From: a virus
Strand: one strand, 5' to 3'
DNA length: 34,933 bases
Virus record (IMG/VR): IMGVR_UViG_3300045988_150517
The notes under the pieces were generated by a model. That model saw only the letters and a list, made by a program, of their open reading frames with translations. It was not told the origin of the DNA and did not search any database. Shown here in pieces: positions 6,628-15,764 of this stretch. Each line of letters starts with the position of its first letter. Positions within the stretch are counted from its first letter, which is position 1. The position numbers were made by a program, and so were the translations under genes.

Positions 6628-7494
6628 TTACATTCCAACTACTAATCTTGTATTATCCTCTGTTGCAATATAATATCCATCTTCTGTTATAATTGGCGAA
6701 ATTGCATCTTCTAAATTCTCTCTTGTTTCATTTAAAATAGTAGTTAAATTATCTATTTCTAATTGTATTTTTCCTGCTGCATCTTCTGACAACTGATTTT
6801 TCATCTTTTCAAACCAATTAGTAAACTCCTGTTCTTCAGTATTAAAGAAATTTGCCATAATATTTTTAAATTCTGTAAAATATGTATCGTGTTCCGCTTC
6901 TTGATCTTCATAATATTTCTTATATGCCTCTTGCCATTGTGCATATAATGTTGATGTATCAACTTGATATATTAAACTTGTAACCCAAGGACATTCACTA
7001 CTACCTCTACAGTCTTTTATTAAGTCTTGTGTAATTTTTATACAAGATGGACTAATCGTAATATCAGCTAATCTAAATTCAATGATGTTTTCTTCAGTAT
7101 TTATTGATGGATGTACTGGGTTGCTTGATGCAGTCCCTTTTCTATATACTATATTTCCTGCTCTTCCTAATTGAGTTTTATCCATTTGAGCTATAATACT
7201 GTCTATTCTAGTTAATACATCAGAATTTTGTGCTGTAGTTATTGTCAAATTGCTTGGATTTTCAAACCACTTATCCCCAATTAGTGCATAACCTGCTGAA
7301 ACTATAATATTCATCCCATTATTTGCAGTAAAAACTTGCAAATAATCGGAAGGTTCACCTTTTGGAGTTGCAAAAACACCATTACTTATTAATTTTCTAT
7401 ATGGTCTATTCATATCATCTGCTGAATAAACACGATCATTATTTATCGCATCAAAAAAACCAGCAGTAACTTCAAATTTTACATCGTTTTCCAT
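6628..7494 (-). CDS. Tail fibre / baseplate-associated structural protein (288 aa)
   Basis: N-terminal ..AGFFDAINNDRVYSADDMNRPYRKLISNGVF.. motif seen in Firmicute phage tail proteins, plus a coiled-coil C-terminus. Lies in the tail module. Confidence 0.5.
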   Translation of the reverse strand: MENDVKFEVTAGFFDAINNDRVYSADDMNRPYRKLISNGVFATPKGEPSDYLQVFTANNGMNIIVSAGYALIGDKWFENPSNLTITTAQNSDVLTRIDSIIAQMDKTQLGRAGNIVYRKGTASSNPVHPSINTEENIIEFRLADITISPSCIKITQDLIKDCRGSSECPWVTSLIYQVDTSTLYAQWQEAYKKYYEDQEAEHDTYFTEFKNIMANFFNTEEQEFTNWFEKMKNQLSEDAAGKIQLEIDNLTTILNETRENLEDAISPIITEDGYYIATEDNTRLVVGM

Positions 7495-7503
7495 TTTTGC
7501 CTC

Positions 7504-8664
7504 CTATTCACTTTTTATATTTTGAAATGTCGGTTCCATTTTATATCCATTATCATCTATACTCTCTAATATTTCAGATATCCTAACATTAATTGAAATT
7601 CCGTATTCATTTACAATATTTACAATATCACCTAGATTATAATCATCTTTATATGTATAATTAGCTCCTATAATAACATCTCCTGTAAAAGATGTAATTG
7701 ATTTATATTCAGACATTTTTTCATATCCAACACTTTTTAGGTTTTCAATATAAATATTATTACATAATACTACTTCAGTAATTTCTCCATCATCATTTTT
7801 TGTTAAAATAGCTATATTAGTTCCGTTTACTTGATAATATATTGTGCCATTTATATTCTTTTCATTACCATTAGGATAACTACTTAATAATTCATCATAA
7901 TCAATTGAACTTGAAACATCTCTTGCATCCACATATAATTCATGTCTGTTAATTCCTGTCCCACTACCAATTGTAACAGTTTTTCTTTCTATTCCTTCGC
8001 CTTCTCCTGCAACAATAGCAATATTTTTTATATTGCTATCATCTTTGGTATAATCCGTTGTAGATATGTTATCATAGTTTTGTGAAAATTGAACATAATC
8101 ACTTCTATCTTTCCCTTTATATAAAGAAAATACAAATTTTCTATCTTTTATAACAATTTTATATCCCCACTCGTAATTCTGACATAATTCTTGAATTTTT
8201 GTACCTACATAATCATAAGTAACTTGTTCTCTTATTGTTTCTTTAAATCCTACTTTATCTGCTAATACAAAGTTTTCTATTTTTCTTTCTTTGTTGGTAG
8301 GATTTATTATAGAATCCGTAATTAAAGTTCTTATATAATCTTCAACTAATCCATTAAAATTCGTTTGTTTGGCTACTATTCTTGAATTTAGTATATTTTT
8401 TATATCTGTACCTGTTATAATTAATTGATCTCCATTTTCTTCATCAGTTTTTATTTCAATTTTTGTTATTTCGCAAACCATATCGTCTTTTTTCCTAGCA
8501 ATATATTTGCATTCTTTTATTTTTTTGATATTTTCAATAGTTGCAGAAATAACAAGTTCACAATCTCCCAATTCATTATATCTAGGAACCCATAAAATAC
8601 TTGAATACATATCTATTATGTATTTTTTAATTAAATCTTTATCTAACAAATATAATTCATCCAT
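7504..8664 (-). CDS. Tail tip protein (Siphovirus Gp37-like)
   Basis: MDELYLLDKDL..IDMYSSILWVPRYNELGDCELVIS resembles the Sipho_Gp37 N-terminus. It follows the Dit gene. Confidence 0.5.
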   Translation of the reverse strand: MDELYLLDKDLIKKYIIDMYSSILWVPRYNELGDCELVISATIENIKKIKECKYIARKKDDMVCEITKIEIKTDEENGDQLIITGTDIKNILNSRIVAKQTNFNGLVEDYIRTLITDSIINPTNKERKIENFVLADKVGFKETIREQVTYDYVGTKIQELCQNYEWGYKIVIKDRKFVFSLYKGKDRSDYVQFSQNYDNISTTDYTKDDSNIKNIAIVAGEGEGIERKTVTIGSGTGINRHELYVDARDVSSSIDYDELLSSYPNGNEKNINGTIYYQVNGTNIAILTKNDDGEITEVVLCNNIYIENLKSVGYEKMSEYKSITSFTGDVIIGANYTYKDDYNLGDIVNIVNEYGISINVRISEILESIDDNGYKMEPTFQNIKSE

Positions 8665-8670
8665 ATAATT

Positions 8671-9531
8671 CTATACCCCTAAATATACACGATAATATTT
8701 AAAACTAATATCCACTAGCATATCCTTCTCTCCATCATCAGCTAAAAAACTAAATCTATTATCTCCAATTCCTAATTGAAAAAATGTTGATTCACTTCTA
8801 ACTTGTGGAATTAAATTATATTCAACCGCTTCTCTAGTTAAAATTACCGATTTTTTTCCTCTATTACAATTAATTATTAATTTATCATTTTTCATAAACT
8901 CATAATCAATTATAAAATTTTCTCCTGTTTCAATATTACGAATTTCTAGCTTATTTACAGTTCCCATAAATCCAATATTAATAATTAAACCTGTTTCACT
9001 TTCACTATCGTTTATAACATTTGTTACCTTTTCAAGATCTACAGAAGAAATTGCAATAGGTTGATTACTATTTATAGAAAATGGGAAAGAGAATTTTTTT
9101 ATTGTTTTTGAAATACTTTGAACTATGGTATTAATATCTTTAAAATATGGATCAGGACATAAAATAGAAATCTGTGCAACTTGTTTTTGAACGAATATTG
9201 GAACTTCAAAAGTTTGCACATATCCTTCTATAAAAACATTTCTGTTATCATCTTCATAATAAATTTTACACCATTGTTTATTTCTAAAATATTTATAAAG
9301 TTTTAATCTATTTTGAGAAACATCTCCATTTATATATACTGTAATAACAATTTCCCTATTGGGAATTTTTGAACTATTAAAGGCAGAACCATCTCCATTT
9401 GCATAGGTTGAAGTATTTATATTAGCATTTGGAGGGGTTATTCCTTCTATATTTGCTATTTGATAATCTTCTTCGTTATCTGTTAATTCAAGGACTGCTC
9501 CTTTAATATTTTCAACTTTTAAAGTAAACAT
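8671..9531 (-). CDS. Distal tail protein (Dit) / phage tail family protein
   Basis: Immediately downstream of the tape measure gene, 286 aa. Call rests on synteny. Confidence 0.6.
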   Translation of the reverse strand: MFTLKVENIKGAVLELTDNEEDYQIANIEGITPPNANINTSTYANGDGSAFNSSKIPNREIVITVYINGDVSQNRLKLYKYFRNKQWCKIYYEDDNRNVFIEGYVQTFEVPIFVQKQVAQISILCPDPYFKDINTIVQSISKTIKKFSFPFSINSNQPIAISSVDLEKVTNVINDSESETGLIINIGFMGTVNKLEIRNIETGENFIIDYEFMKNDKLIINCNRGKKSVILTREAVEYNLIPQVRSESTFFQLGIGDNRFSFLADDGEKDMLVDISFKYYRVYLGV

Positions 9532-9545
9532 TTTTGATTTCCCTC

Positions 9546-12500
9546 CTATGCATTTACTAGATTTAATAAATTCCTTGTCTGCCTATATAATTCTAGTCTA
9601 GATGGTTGTTTTGGAGCATTTATTACTTGAGTAAAATTATTAACATTAGATGTTGAATTAGATATATTGTTAATATTAGAAGCATTGTTTTTCATTTCTT
9701 CTTTCATATCATTTGCAACAGCTTTTATCCAGCCTTTATTTCTTTCAAGAGGAACAACCGCTTCTGCTCCATTTCCTTCAAGTAAACCAACTTGTCCTTT
9801 TTCTAATACCCCACCTCTATATAATTTTGGTATATTTAATGTATTGATTCTTGATATATTTACACCTGGAATTGCATTGATTATTCCTATCGCACCGTTA
9901 ATCATATTAATAAATCCATTTACTGTGTTTTCTATCATTCCTAATAATCCATTAATACCTGATTTAACAGCTCCACTAATTGCATTTCCTATATTAGTTC
10001 CAATGTTTGAAAATTTATCACTTATTGTATTCCATAATCCTCCGAAAAAATTACCAATATTGCTAAAAATACCAGTAATATTATTCCAAGCTTCTCTAAA
10101 TCTATCTCCAAACCATCCTCCTACATTAGAAAATACATTTTGTATTCCTTGCCAAGCACCTTGAAAAAATGATCCTAATTGTTCAGGTAATTGTGCTAAT
10201 CCTTGGAATATAGAACTAATTATCTGTGGCAACGCCTTTAATAATTCCAAGCATATAGTTGGTATTGCTTGAACTAATGCCATAAATAATTGAATTGCAC
10301 CTTGTAGTAATACTGGTATATTTTGTATTAAAACATTAATTATAGTAGTAACAATAGTTGGTATTTGAGGAATAAGTGCTTGTATAATCAATGGTATTGC
10401 TTGAATAATAGCCATTAACAATTGCACTGCTCCTTGTAATACAATTGGTAAATTTTCAACTAAGCCAGTAATAATAGTATTTATTATTGTTGGAATTGCA
10501 TCTACTAACGCAGGAATTATAAGTGGTATAGCTTCAACTATTGAATTTAATAATTGTACTGCTCCTTCTATCAATCTTGGAATTGCATCTGTTAATCCAT
10601 ATAAAATAGTATTTATTATTTCATCAAGATTTTCTGTTAATGCAGATATTATCTCAGGGATTGCTTCAATAATTCCCATAAAGAAACTAAAGGCTGCATC
10701 GATAAGATCTGGCAAACTGTCAACCAATACTCCAATAATCTGATTTACAACTTGTACTAATGCAATAACTAGGTTTGGAATTGCATCTGTTAATCCATTT
10801 ACAAGACTTATAATAATTTGAACTCCTGCTTGAAGTAATTGTGGAATTGTCATCTGCAAAACATCTATTATTTGAGGTATAATACCAATTATTGCATCAA
10901 CAACCGTTGGTAAAGCTTCAATTATTCCCTGTAGTAATTTATTCATTCCATCCATTACATCAGGTAATAGTTCTGTTATTAAATCAACAATTTGTGGGAA
11001 TAACTCGATGAGTAATGATATAATACTATCAATTACAATTTTTACTTTTGGAACTATATTTTGAATAACAGTTCCTATACTATCTATTAAATTTTCCATT
11101 AAAGTATCAAAATTTGCATTTTCATCTGCCATGCCAGTTAATAAATTACTCCATGCAGACTTCATTGCTCCAATAGATCCTTGAATTGTTGTACTTGCTT
11201 CTTTTGCAGTAGTTCCTGTTATGCCCATATTATCTTGAACCAAATGTATAGCTTCAACAACATCAGCATAACTTTCAATTGTCAAATTTCCAGCTTGTCC
11301 TTGTGCTTTTGCTAATTTGTTAGCATCTCCAATAAGTCTTTCCATTTCACTTTTAGTTCCACCATATCCAAGCTTCAAATTATCAAGCATTGTATAGTTT
11401 TGTTTTGCAAAACCTTGATATGCATTTTGTATAGATTCCATTGATGTACCCATTTTATTTGCATTGTCAGACATATCTGTAATTGCTTTATCAGCTACTT
11501 CTGCTGATTTTGCAGTATCACCATTTAAACTTTGTAATAATGATGCAGAAAATGAAGTTACAGTGTCCATATATTCATTTGCAGAAAGCCCAGCAGTTTT
11601 ATATGCATTATTAGCATAATTTTCTACAATGCCTGAGCTGTCCTTAAATAATGTTTCAACACCACCAACTAATTGCTCATAATCAGAATAACTAGCTATT
11701 GCCTGTTTACCAGCATTAAGTAAAGCACCACCTAATTTCAAAATCCCATTTATGCACCCTTCAACCGCATCTGCTGCTAAATTTGCTAATGCTCCTTTAA
11801 GAACTGTAAAACCACCATTTGAAGCATCATCTGCTGATTTCCCAGCACTATCGATACTTTTATCTAATTTATCAGCAGCACTATCAAGTTCCTGCATTTT
11901 GGTTTTATTATCATTTAAATCACCTGATAATGTTTTAATTTCTTTTGCTAAATTTTTGGCTTCTGATGAATTTTTACCATATTGTAGTACCGCATTCTTA
12001 TATGCCTCTTTTGTATCATCTACCGCTTTTTGTTGATCGTCTATTGTGTCAGATAATTTACTTGTACTACTATTAGCTCTTTCTTCAGCTTTTTGTAAAT
12101 TTTGTAATTGTGTACTATAATTACTGTATTCTTTTTCAATTTTATTTACCGCAGCCTCTTGATTGTTAATAGTAACTGTTAAATTCGATATTTGTTGTTT
12201 TATGCTTGAATGAGCTTGTTCTGCGGAACTCAATTGACTTTGTAAATTTCTAACTTCATCAGAATTTTCTCCATAGGCTCTTTTTGCATCTTCTAGTTTT
12301 TTCTTCAAATTTTCAATTTCACTAGCAGACTGCTTTTCATATTTTTGTGCAGTTTGTAACTGCGTTTGATATGATTGCAATTTACTAACTTGTGCTTCCA
12401 TCGTAGATTTTAATTGTTTCAACTTTGCACTTAAACCATCTGTAGACTTTGTCCAATCATCCATACCAGAACTTGCTTTTTTAAATTCGGAATTTGCGAG

Positions 12501-12590
12501 TTTAATATAATTATTAGCTTCAGATATATTCTTTTTTAAATCCGATATATCCAATTTATATCGAGTTGTAATATCTTCTCCTTTTGCCAC
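9546..12590 (-). CDS. Tail tape measure protein (1014 aa, GTG start)
   Basis: N-terminal coiled coil, central Ala/Ile/Pro-rich tandem helical repeats (..AIPxIIxAL..), Gly-rich C-terminus. RBS GAAAGGAGG. Confidence 0.9.
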   Translation of the reverse strand: MAKGEDITTRYKLDISDLKKNISEANNYIKLANSEFKKASSGMDDWTKSTDGLSAKLKQLKSTMEAQVSKLQSYQTQLQTAQKYEKQSASEIENLKKKLEDAKRAYGENSDEVRNLQSQLSSAEQAHSSIKQQISNLTVTINNQEAAVNKIEKEYSNYSTQLQNLQKAEERANSSTSKLSDTIDDQQKAVDDTKEAYKNAVLQYGKNSSEAKNLAKEIKTLSGDLNDNKTKMQELDSAADKLDKSIDSAGKSADDASNGGFTVLKGALANLAADAVEGCINGILKLGGALLNAGKQAIASYSDYEQLVGGVETLFKDSSGIVENYANNAYKTAGLSANEYMDTVTSFSASLLQSLNGDTAKSAEVADKAITDMSDNANKMGTSMESIQNAYQGFAKQNYTMLDNLKLGYGGTKSEMERLIGDANKLAKAQGQAGNLTIESYADVVEAIHLVQDNMGITGTTAKEASTTIQGSIGAMKSAWSNLLTGMADENANFDTLMENLIDSIGTVIQNIVPKVKIVIDSIISLLIELFPQIVDLITELLPDVMDGMNKLLQGIIEALPTVVDAIIGIIPQIIDVLQMTIPQLLQAGVQIIISLVNGLTDAIPNLVIALVQVVNQIIGVLVDSLPDLIDAAFSFFMGIIEAIPEIISALTENLDEIINTILYGLTDAIPRLIEGAVQLLNSIVEAIPLIIPALVDAIPTIINTIITGLVENLPIVLQGAVQLLMAIIQAIPLIIQALIPQIPTIVTTIINVLIQNIPVLLQGAIQLFMALVQAIPTICLELLKALPQIISSIFQGLAQLPEQLGSFFQGAWQGIQNVFSNVGGWFGDRFREAWNNITGIFSNIGNFFGGLWNTISDKFSNIGTNIGNAISGAVKSGINGLLGMIENTVNGFINMINGAIGIINAIPGVNISRINTLNIPKLYRGGVLEKGQVGLLEGNGAEAVVPLERNKGWIKAVANDMKEEMKNNASNINNISNSTSNVNNFTQVINAPKQPSRLELYRQTRNLLNLVNA

Positions 12591-12616
12591 TTACTTTCCT
12601 CCTTTCATCAAGCAAA

Positions 12617-12853
12617 CTAAAACCAGCTATCACTAGCTGGTCTTCTTATTTGTTTTTTCCTTTTATTTTTATTGTTTTGATTATTTGCTTCATCATAAAT
12701 TCGTAATCTTCTAACTAATAGAAAAATCTCTCTCATTTTTTCTTTTCTTATTGAAAATGGATCAACCGTTGGAAAACGATTACATATTTCCATTTCAAGT
12801 TCAAAGAATATTTGATAGAGGGGAATAGCAGTATTCCCCTCTTCTAGTTTTTT
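12617..12853 (-). CDS. -1 frame extension (gpT part) of the tail assembly chaperone G/GT
   Basis: The -1 frame is open from the slippery site to TAG 12617..12619. It encodes ..EEGNTAIPLYQIFFELEMEICNRFPTVDPFSIRKEKMREIFLLVRRLRIYDE...RRPASDSWF. Confidence 0.7.
   Translation of the reverse strand, partial: KKLEEGNTAIPLYQIFFELEMEICNRFPTVDPFSIRKEKMREIFLLVRRLRIYDEANNQNNKNKRKKQIRRPASDSWF
12818..12853 (-). promoter_or_regulatory. Programmed -1 ribosomal frameshift signal
   Basis: Slippery heptamer A_AAA_AAC (12847..12853) in the correct phase, a 5-nt spacer, then a 10-bp hairpin GAGGGGAATA-CTGC-TATTCCCCTC (12818..12841). Confidence 0.75.
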
Positions 12854-13179
12854 CCATCATTTCCTTTTGTTATTTGATTTATAGAATAAGCTATAATTTC
12901 GGCTATAACATTCATTATTTCTTTTAATTTTGTATGTCTTAATTCTTCATCTGTTAATCCATCAAAAACTTCTTTTAGCAATGGTTTAACAATATTCATT
13001 GAACTTGCCAAAACTTTTGCAATTGCTTTTAGTAACTCTGCTTTGTTACTAGCTTGAATATTATCAATATCAATAACATCCAACAAATCTTCTACTGTTC
13101 CAAACATTAAATCGTAAGTTTCAGCAGTATATGTTTTTGTTATTTCTTTTTTGTCGTAGATATTTAATTTTAAATCCAT
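12844..13179 (-). CDS. Tail assembly chaperone (gpG-like, 111 aa)
   Basis: Lies between the major tail and tape measure genes. Acidic, and ends at the slippery site. Confidence 0.75.
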   Translation of the reverse strand: MDLKLNIYDKKEITKTYTAETYDLMFGTVEDLLDVIDIDNIQASNKAELLKAIAKVLASSMNIVKPLLKEVFDGLTDEELRHTKLKEIMNVIAEIIAYSINQITKGNDGKN

Positions 13180-13194
13180 ATTTTTTTCCTCCTA

Positions 13195-13815
13195 TTAGGC
13201 TTTTGCCTTTAAAGTATCTATTGTTGTAACAGTATCAAAGAATGTACTAACATCTGCTAGGTCTTTAGATAAATCAACATTAATAGCTTTTGCAGTTTTA
13301 CCTGTTTTGGTGAATTTATGTGTTGTTGAAATTCCTGTATATGTTACTTCTTGACCGTTAGAGTCTGTTCCATCATTTTCTGTTGCATGTGTACTATCAG
13401 GAATACTAAATGTTCCTTTATGTCTCCAAACATATACTTCATCACCATTAGTTTTCTTTGTTTTATAACCAAGAGCAAAGTATTTGGTTTTTCTTTCTCC
13501 CTCAATTAATGTTCCTGTTGTTTCATCATAATCTTGTCCTGTTATAAATGCTAATTTATCTAATGGAAGTACAGATGTAGAACATTTTATTTCATCTGCA
13601 CCAACAGAGTTGATTACAATTGCAGCCATATTATTATAATATTTTGATTCACTTGAATTACTTGTACTTTTTGAAATTTCTCCAACACCAGCTAATTCAT
13701 ATACCTCTCCTGTTTTGTAGCCTTCTCCTTCTTTATTATTATCAGATAATACTTCTGCCACAACTAAATCTGTGACACCTCTATACTCAACGATTTCATC
13801 TAAATTCTTATTCAT
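13195..13815 (-). CDS. Major tail protein (phi13-family-like)
   Basis: 206 aa. N-terminus ..VEYRGVTDLVVAEVLSDNN.. is typical of Firmicute siphovirus major tail proteins. Synteny supports the call. Confidence 0.75.
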   Translation of the reverse strand: MNKNLDEIVEYRGVTDLVVAEVLSDNNKEGEGYKTGEVYELAGVGEISKSTSNSSESKYYNNMAAIVINSVGADEIKCSTSVLPLDKLAFITGQDYDETTGTLIEGERKTKYFALGYKTKKTNGDEVYVWRHKGTFSIPDSTHATENDGTDSNGQEVTYTGISTTHKFTKTGKTAKAINVDLSKDLADVSTFFDTVTTIDTLKAKA

Positions 13816-13830
13816 ATAGATTTTACCTCC

Positions 13831-14175
13831 TTATAAATTTTCTATTATTCTTACTGCTATACCTCTTCCAGTTTGTGTGGGTTCATCACTTTCAACATCA
13901 TATCCTTTGCCACTCACAATAAACCCATCCCTTTTTAATTTTTCTTTTAAATTTAATAATTCTTTATCTATTAGGTCAGAATTGTTAGAATAAAATGCAA
14001 CAATAAAAAGCCATACAATTTTATGTTCTTCATTATTGTAAAAAGCATCTCCATCAGAAGACATATTTTTAAAAGTGAAGTACGATTCAGGATAACCTTC
14101 TTCTTTATTCATCGTACCTTGTTGAAAATATGGATAATTCATGCTCTCTAATACTTTTGTTAATTTATCTTTCAT
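13831..14175 (-). CDS. Tail terminator / head-tail joining protein (114 aa)
   Basis: Called from synteny only: it lies directly upstream of the major tail gene. Confidence 0.45.
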   Translation of the reverse strand: MKDKLTKVLESMNYPYFQQGTMNKEEGYPESYFTFKNMSSDGDAFYNNEEHKIVWLFIVAFYSNNSDLIDKELLNLKEKLKRDGFIVSGKGYDVESDEPTQTGRGIAVRIIENL

Positions 14176-14646
14176 TTACCCTTCCAACCTCCTTATTTCA
14201 TTATTAAATATTTCTTGTTGTGCTTCTAATACTTCTTTTCTTGTGCTTGTACCAAAAATTGCATTATACATTTTTTTATCTTTTTTATGCTCTGCCATAA
14301 TTCCAAGATTTTTTCCGTATTGGTTACTAACACTGTGGCTTTGTGTTCCATACATCAAAAAAATTGAAGCTAGTCCACCCTCGCTTATGCTAAAACCTAC
14401 TTTTACACTTGCTAATGTACCAGCCCATTCAATTTCTGCTTCTTTTTTCAAAGCTTTTTCAGTTCTCTTAGTTTCATTATGTGGTGTAATCGCTTCTTGT
14501 GCTTTTTTTGTAATAATTTCGTGGGTTTTCTTTAATGATTTTTCTGATATATTTTTTGTATTTGCATTTAATTTATTAAGCCTTGCTATTGCTTCATTAA
14601 AACCCTCAAATTCCAAATAAGCCTTGTTACTCATACTAAGCACCAC
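14176..14646 (-). CDS. HK97 gp10-family neck / tail-completion protein
   Basis: 156 aa, begins ..KAYLEFEGFNEAIARLNKL... Synteny supports the call. Confidence 0.55.
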   Translation of the reverse strand: MVLSMSNKAYLEFEGFNEAIARLNKLNANTKNISEKSLKKTHEIITKKAQEAITPHNETKRTEKALKKEAEIEWAGTLASVKVGFSISEGGLASIFLMYGTQSHSVSNQYGKNLGIMAEHKKDKKMYNAIFGTSTRKEVLEAQQEIFNNEIRRLEG

Positions 14647-15022
14647 CTTTTAATCTTTTGACCTTAAATTTTAAAAATTGATGTCTTTGATTTATATCTT
14701 CAGGTTCATTTATTATATCGAATACAGCCTTATCTTCAGCTCTTGCAATTCTGCAAACACCAGTAATATCTGATCGATACATAGTTTCAATGTTTGCTGT
14801 ATCTTCAATGGAATACACACCATTTACCGTTTTCTCCGTTCCACCATAAGTTTTAAAACTGCCAAAAAAAAGATTAATAGAATTACCATTTTTATCTTTT
14901 TCTGCTAATGCTTCATCAACAGTTGGATATTCCTTATTAGTGATACCCTTTTTTGTTGAAATCTTTGGTATAAGTAAAACAAGTGGAATAGGATTGGTTA
15001 TATTTATTGAAAATCCACTCAT
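14636..15022 (-). CDS. Head-tail adaptor / head closure protein
   Basis: 128 aa. Called from synteny, with overlapping stop/start to its neighbours. Confidence 0.5.
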   Translation of the reverse strand: MSGFSINITNPIPLVLLIPKISTKKGITNKEYPTVDEALAEKDKNGNSINLFFGSFKTYGGTEKTVNGVYSIEDTANIETMYRSDITGVCRIARAEDKAVFDIINEPEDINQRHQFLKFKVKRLKGGA

Positions 15023-15270
15023 TTTCCATCACCATCCTTATATGCTAGTTGAGTAGCTCTTTGCCAAAAGTATGATGATAAATTTGCTTTTTGAAAATAT
15101 ACATCATCAACACCTCTTGCAATCACACCAGCTGATTTTACATCATTAACAACAGATGATGGAATTCCTCCATCTATCATCAATTGTTGTATTTCAGCAA
15201 TCCAATTTTTAAGAATTGTATCTTGGTAAGTTCCTGTAATTCCCAAGCATTCCTTTACTTTTTCTAACAT
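15019..15270 (-). CDS. gp6-like head-tail connector protein
   Basis: 83 aa. MLEKVKECLGITGTYQDTILKNWIAEIQQLM resembles the gp6-like connector / DNA-packaging family. Confidence 0.6.
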   Translation of the reverse strand: MLEKVKECLGITGTYQDTILKNWIAEIQQLMIDGGIPSSVVNDVKSAGVIARGVDDVYFQKANLSSYFWQRATQLAYKDGDGK

Positions 15271-15285
15271 ATTACTGCTCCTTTT

Positions 15286-15708
15286 TTAGTCTACTTTTTC
15301 AACTAATCTTCTTGTATCAGATAATAATTCACTTGCTCTTTCTTTCTCAAATTCAACAATATCATTTTCTTTATAGTCTCTATCATTGTATTTGTCTGTA
15401 AATGCAATCCTAATTTTAAGTTTTATTTTTTCATTATCTGATCTTTTGTTGTTTGTCTTTCTACTTGTTTTTTCTTTCTCTTCTTGTTCTTCTAAATGTT
15501 CTGTCTTTTCTTCAGTTTTTTCTATAGATTCTTCATCTACATCAGTATTTTTTTCAATTGTAACTTCAGGTGAATTAACATCTATTACATCATTTTCCTT
15601 TAAATCTTCTCCTGATACAATATCATTTTCATTAATTACAACTTGTTCTTTTTCAACAATTTCATTTTTTTCAGCAGTTTCATCTGCTTGATTTTGTGTT
15701 TTTGCCAT
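15286..15708 (-). CDS. Highly acidic hypothetical head-module protein (140 aa)
   Basis: Glu/Asp-rich N-terminal two thirds. Lies just downstream of the capsid gene and its hairpin. Confidence 0.5.
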   Translation of the reverse strand: MAKTQNQADETAEKNEIVEKEQVVINENDIVSGEDLKENDVIDVNSPEVTIEKNTDVDEESIEKTEEKTEHLEEQEEKEKTSRKTNNKRSDNEKIKLKIRIAFTDKYNDRDYKENDIVEFEKERASELLSDTRRLVEKVD

Positions 15709-15742
15709 TTTATATACTCTCCTTTTTTAAAATAATGAATTA

Positions 15743-15760
15743 AGGGGATTCTCATCCCCT
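15743..15760 (-). terminator. Hairpin after the major capsid gene
   Basis: AGGGGAT-TCTC-ATCCCCT (7-bp GC-rich stem) immediately after the capsid stop codon, with a T-rich tail on the - strand. Confidence 0.5.
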
Positions 15761-15764
15761 CATC

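Noticed and set aside
9667-10164. Antisense 'shadow' ORFs inside long genes. On the + strand: 9667..10164, 11752..12036, 14141..14620, 15386..15691, 16924..17169, 17378..17593, 18183..18623, 19969..20382, 21686..22138, 23047..23555, 25198..25554, 29838..30263, 30581..31105. On the - strand: 33912..34391, inside int.
   Set aside because: They have low-complexity Ser/Phe/Leu-rich translations, no RBS, and fully overlap well-supported genes on the other strand. This is typical of AT-rich antisense frames.
10200-10900. Tandem ~100-nt periodicity in the tape measure gene as a mobile or hypervariable element
   Set aside because: It corresponds to degenerate in-frame helical protein repeats (..AIPxIIxALxxxIPxI..), which are typical of tape measure proteins. 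There are no flanking repeats or second TR-like copy, and it has no relation to the DGR TR.
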